Assembly (NCBI RefSeq): GCF_963676685.1
Contig: NC_092349.1
Coordinates: forward strand, 76,508,001 to 76,572,000
Length of the DNA: 64,000 bases
Source of the DNA: Mytilus edulis
Lineage: Eukaryota
Direction: 5' to 3'
The translations under genes were made by a program, and so were the position numbers. Below, piece after piece: positions 63,055 to 64,000 of the stretch (position 1 is the first letter of the stretch; the number at the start of each line of letters is the position of its first letter). The notes beneath the pieces are model-generated. The model was not told where the DNA came from. It did not search any database and was given only the letters and a program-made list of their open reading frames with translations.

Positions 63055-63385
63055 AAATAAAATCACCAAAATACTGAACTCTAAGGAAAATTTAATACGG
63101 AAAGTTCCTTATCAAATGGCAAAATCAAAAGATAAAACACAGCAAACGAATAGACAAGCCTGTCATATTCCTGACTTTGTACAGGCATTTTCTTATGTAG
63201 AAAATGGTGGACTGAACCTGGTTTTATAGCGCTAAACCTCTCACTTGTATGACAGTCGCATCAAATTCCATTATATTGACAACGATGCGTGAATAAAACA
63301 GATATAATAGATAAAATTGTCAAAATAGGGGTACAGCAGTCATCACCGTGTCACAATCTCAATCAGAACAAAAACGAACAAAAAT
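63055..63385 (+). repeat. Dispersed repeat (partial copies near 52495, 53470, 59480, 61690)
   Basis: AAAATCAC.AAAATACTGAACTC..AGGAAAATT...CAAATGGCAAAATCAAA...ACACA.CAAACGAAT.GACAA...CTGTCATATTCCTGACTT shared between loci. Confidence 0.8.
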
Positions 63386-63389
63386 TTAA

Positions 63390-63931
63390 GGAGGCACGAG
63401 GGTTAAAAAAATTCACCAAAAATTTAAACATTTTGTTTTTCATAACAAATTTTATTTATTACACTATTAGTTATTACTTTACGATATGGTACAAAAATCA
63501 ACCAAGAAATCAATTACTTTTGGCCCCGGATGACTTTTAAAATGTTTATATTATTGAAAGAGCTCCAAATTATCTCCCTTTTTTGCATTAAAATTGAAAT
63601 ATCTTTTTTTAACTCATCGGTGACCTATATTTTTATTATTTTTTTCAAATTAGCTGTACTTGAACTAAACTATAGTTAAATTGAAGAGATTTCTGTAATT
63701 TTTTTATTATTTTTATTTCGATATTATCTTTTTTTCTCCTATTAGTTCAACCGAAAAAAAGTACCTAAACAAAAATGCATCCTTCTTTCGACGGCAGATT
63801 GTTAGCTTAAATGAACGGTGACCCCATATTTTTATTTTATTTTTATTTTAAGTATAGGATAAAGTTTATTTGTAGAAAAAAAAGCGAAATCCTATATTTA
63901 AAAAAAATATGATTTAAACAGACGAGCCTCC
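63390..63931. mobile_element. Kolobok-like MITE (TTAA TSD)
   Basis: TTAA|GGAGGCACG ... CGAGCCTCC|TTAA. Confidence 0.75.
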
Positions 63932-64000
63932 TTAACAAAGAAGCACACAAAAGCATATATCAAATTTAACAACCACGTTCATTGCTTACTTATTTTTGTA

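Overview
AT-rich, intron-rich eukaryotic DNA; the repeat families look like those of a bivalve such as Mytilus (inference, not verified). The left half is a nest of transposons. A decayed Gypsy LTR retrotransposon (protease-RT-RNaseH-integrase plus a baculovirus-F-like env) is split by four insertions: (i) an apparently intact 16.2-kb ISL2EU/PIF-Harbinger-group DNA transposon (3119-19314; perfect 16-bp TIRs, AT target duplication) carrying two convergent spliced genes, a THAP-DDE transposase and a SAP-like/SWIM/YqaJ exonuclease; (ii) a 265-bp MITE; (iii) a head-to-tail pair of an RLE-type (HERO-like) non-LTR retrotransposon whose 3' UTR holds all hammerhead-ribozyme core motifs in a non-circularly permuted order; (iv) a Harbinger-type MITE. 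The right half has two minus-strand host genes: an uncharacterised gene whose tail is built from four tandem pairs of phase-2 micro-exons, and a 13-exon beta-1,3-glucan recognition protein/glucanase (CBM39-like + mucin linker + GH16 with intact ExDxxE). It also holds a 33-bp minisatellite, many MITEs, long hairpins and a canonical hammerhead ribozyme. All exon models were built by hand from GT/AG sites and frame continuity; family names come from recalled motifs, not database searches.
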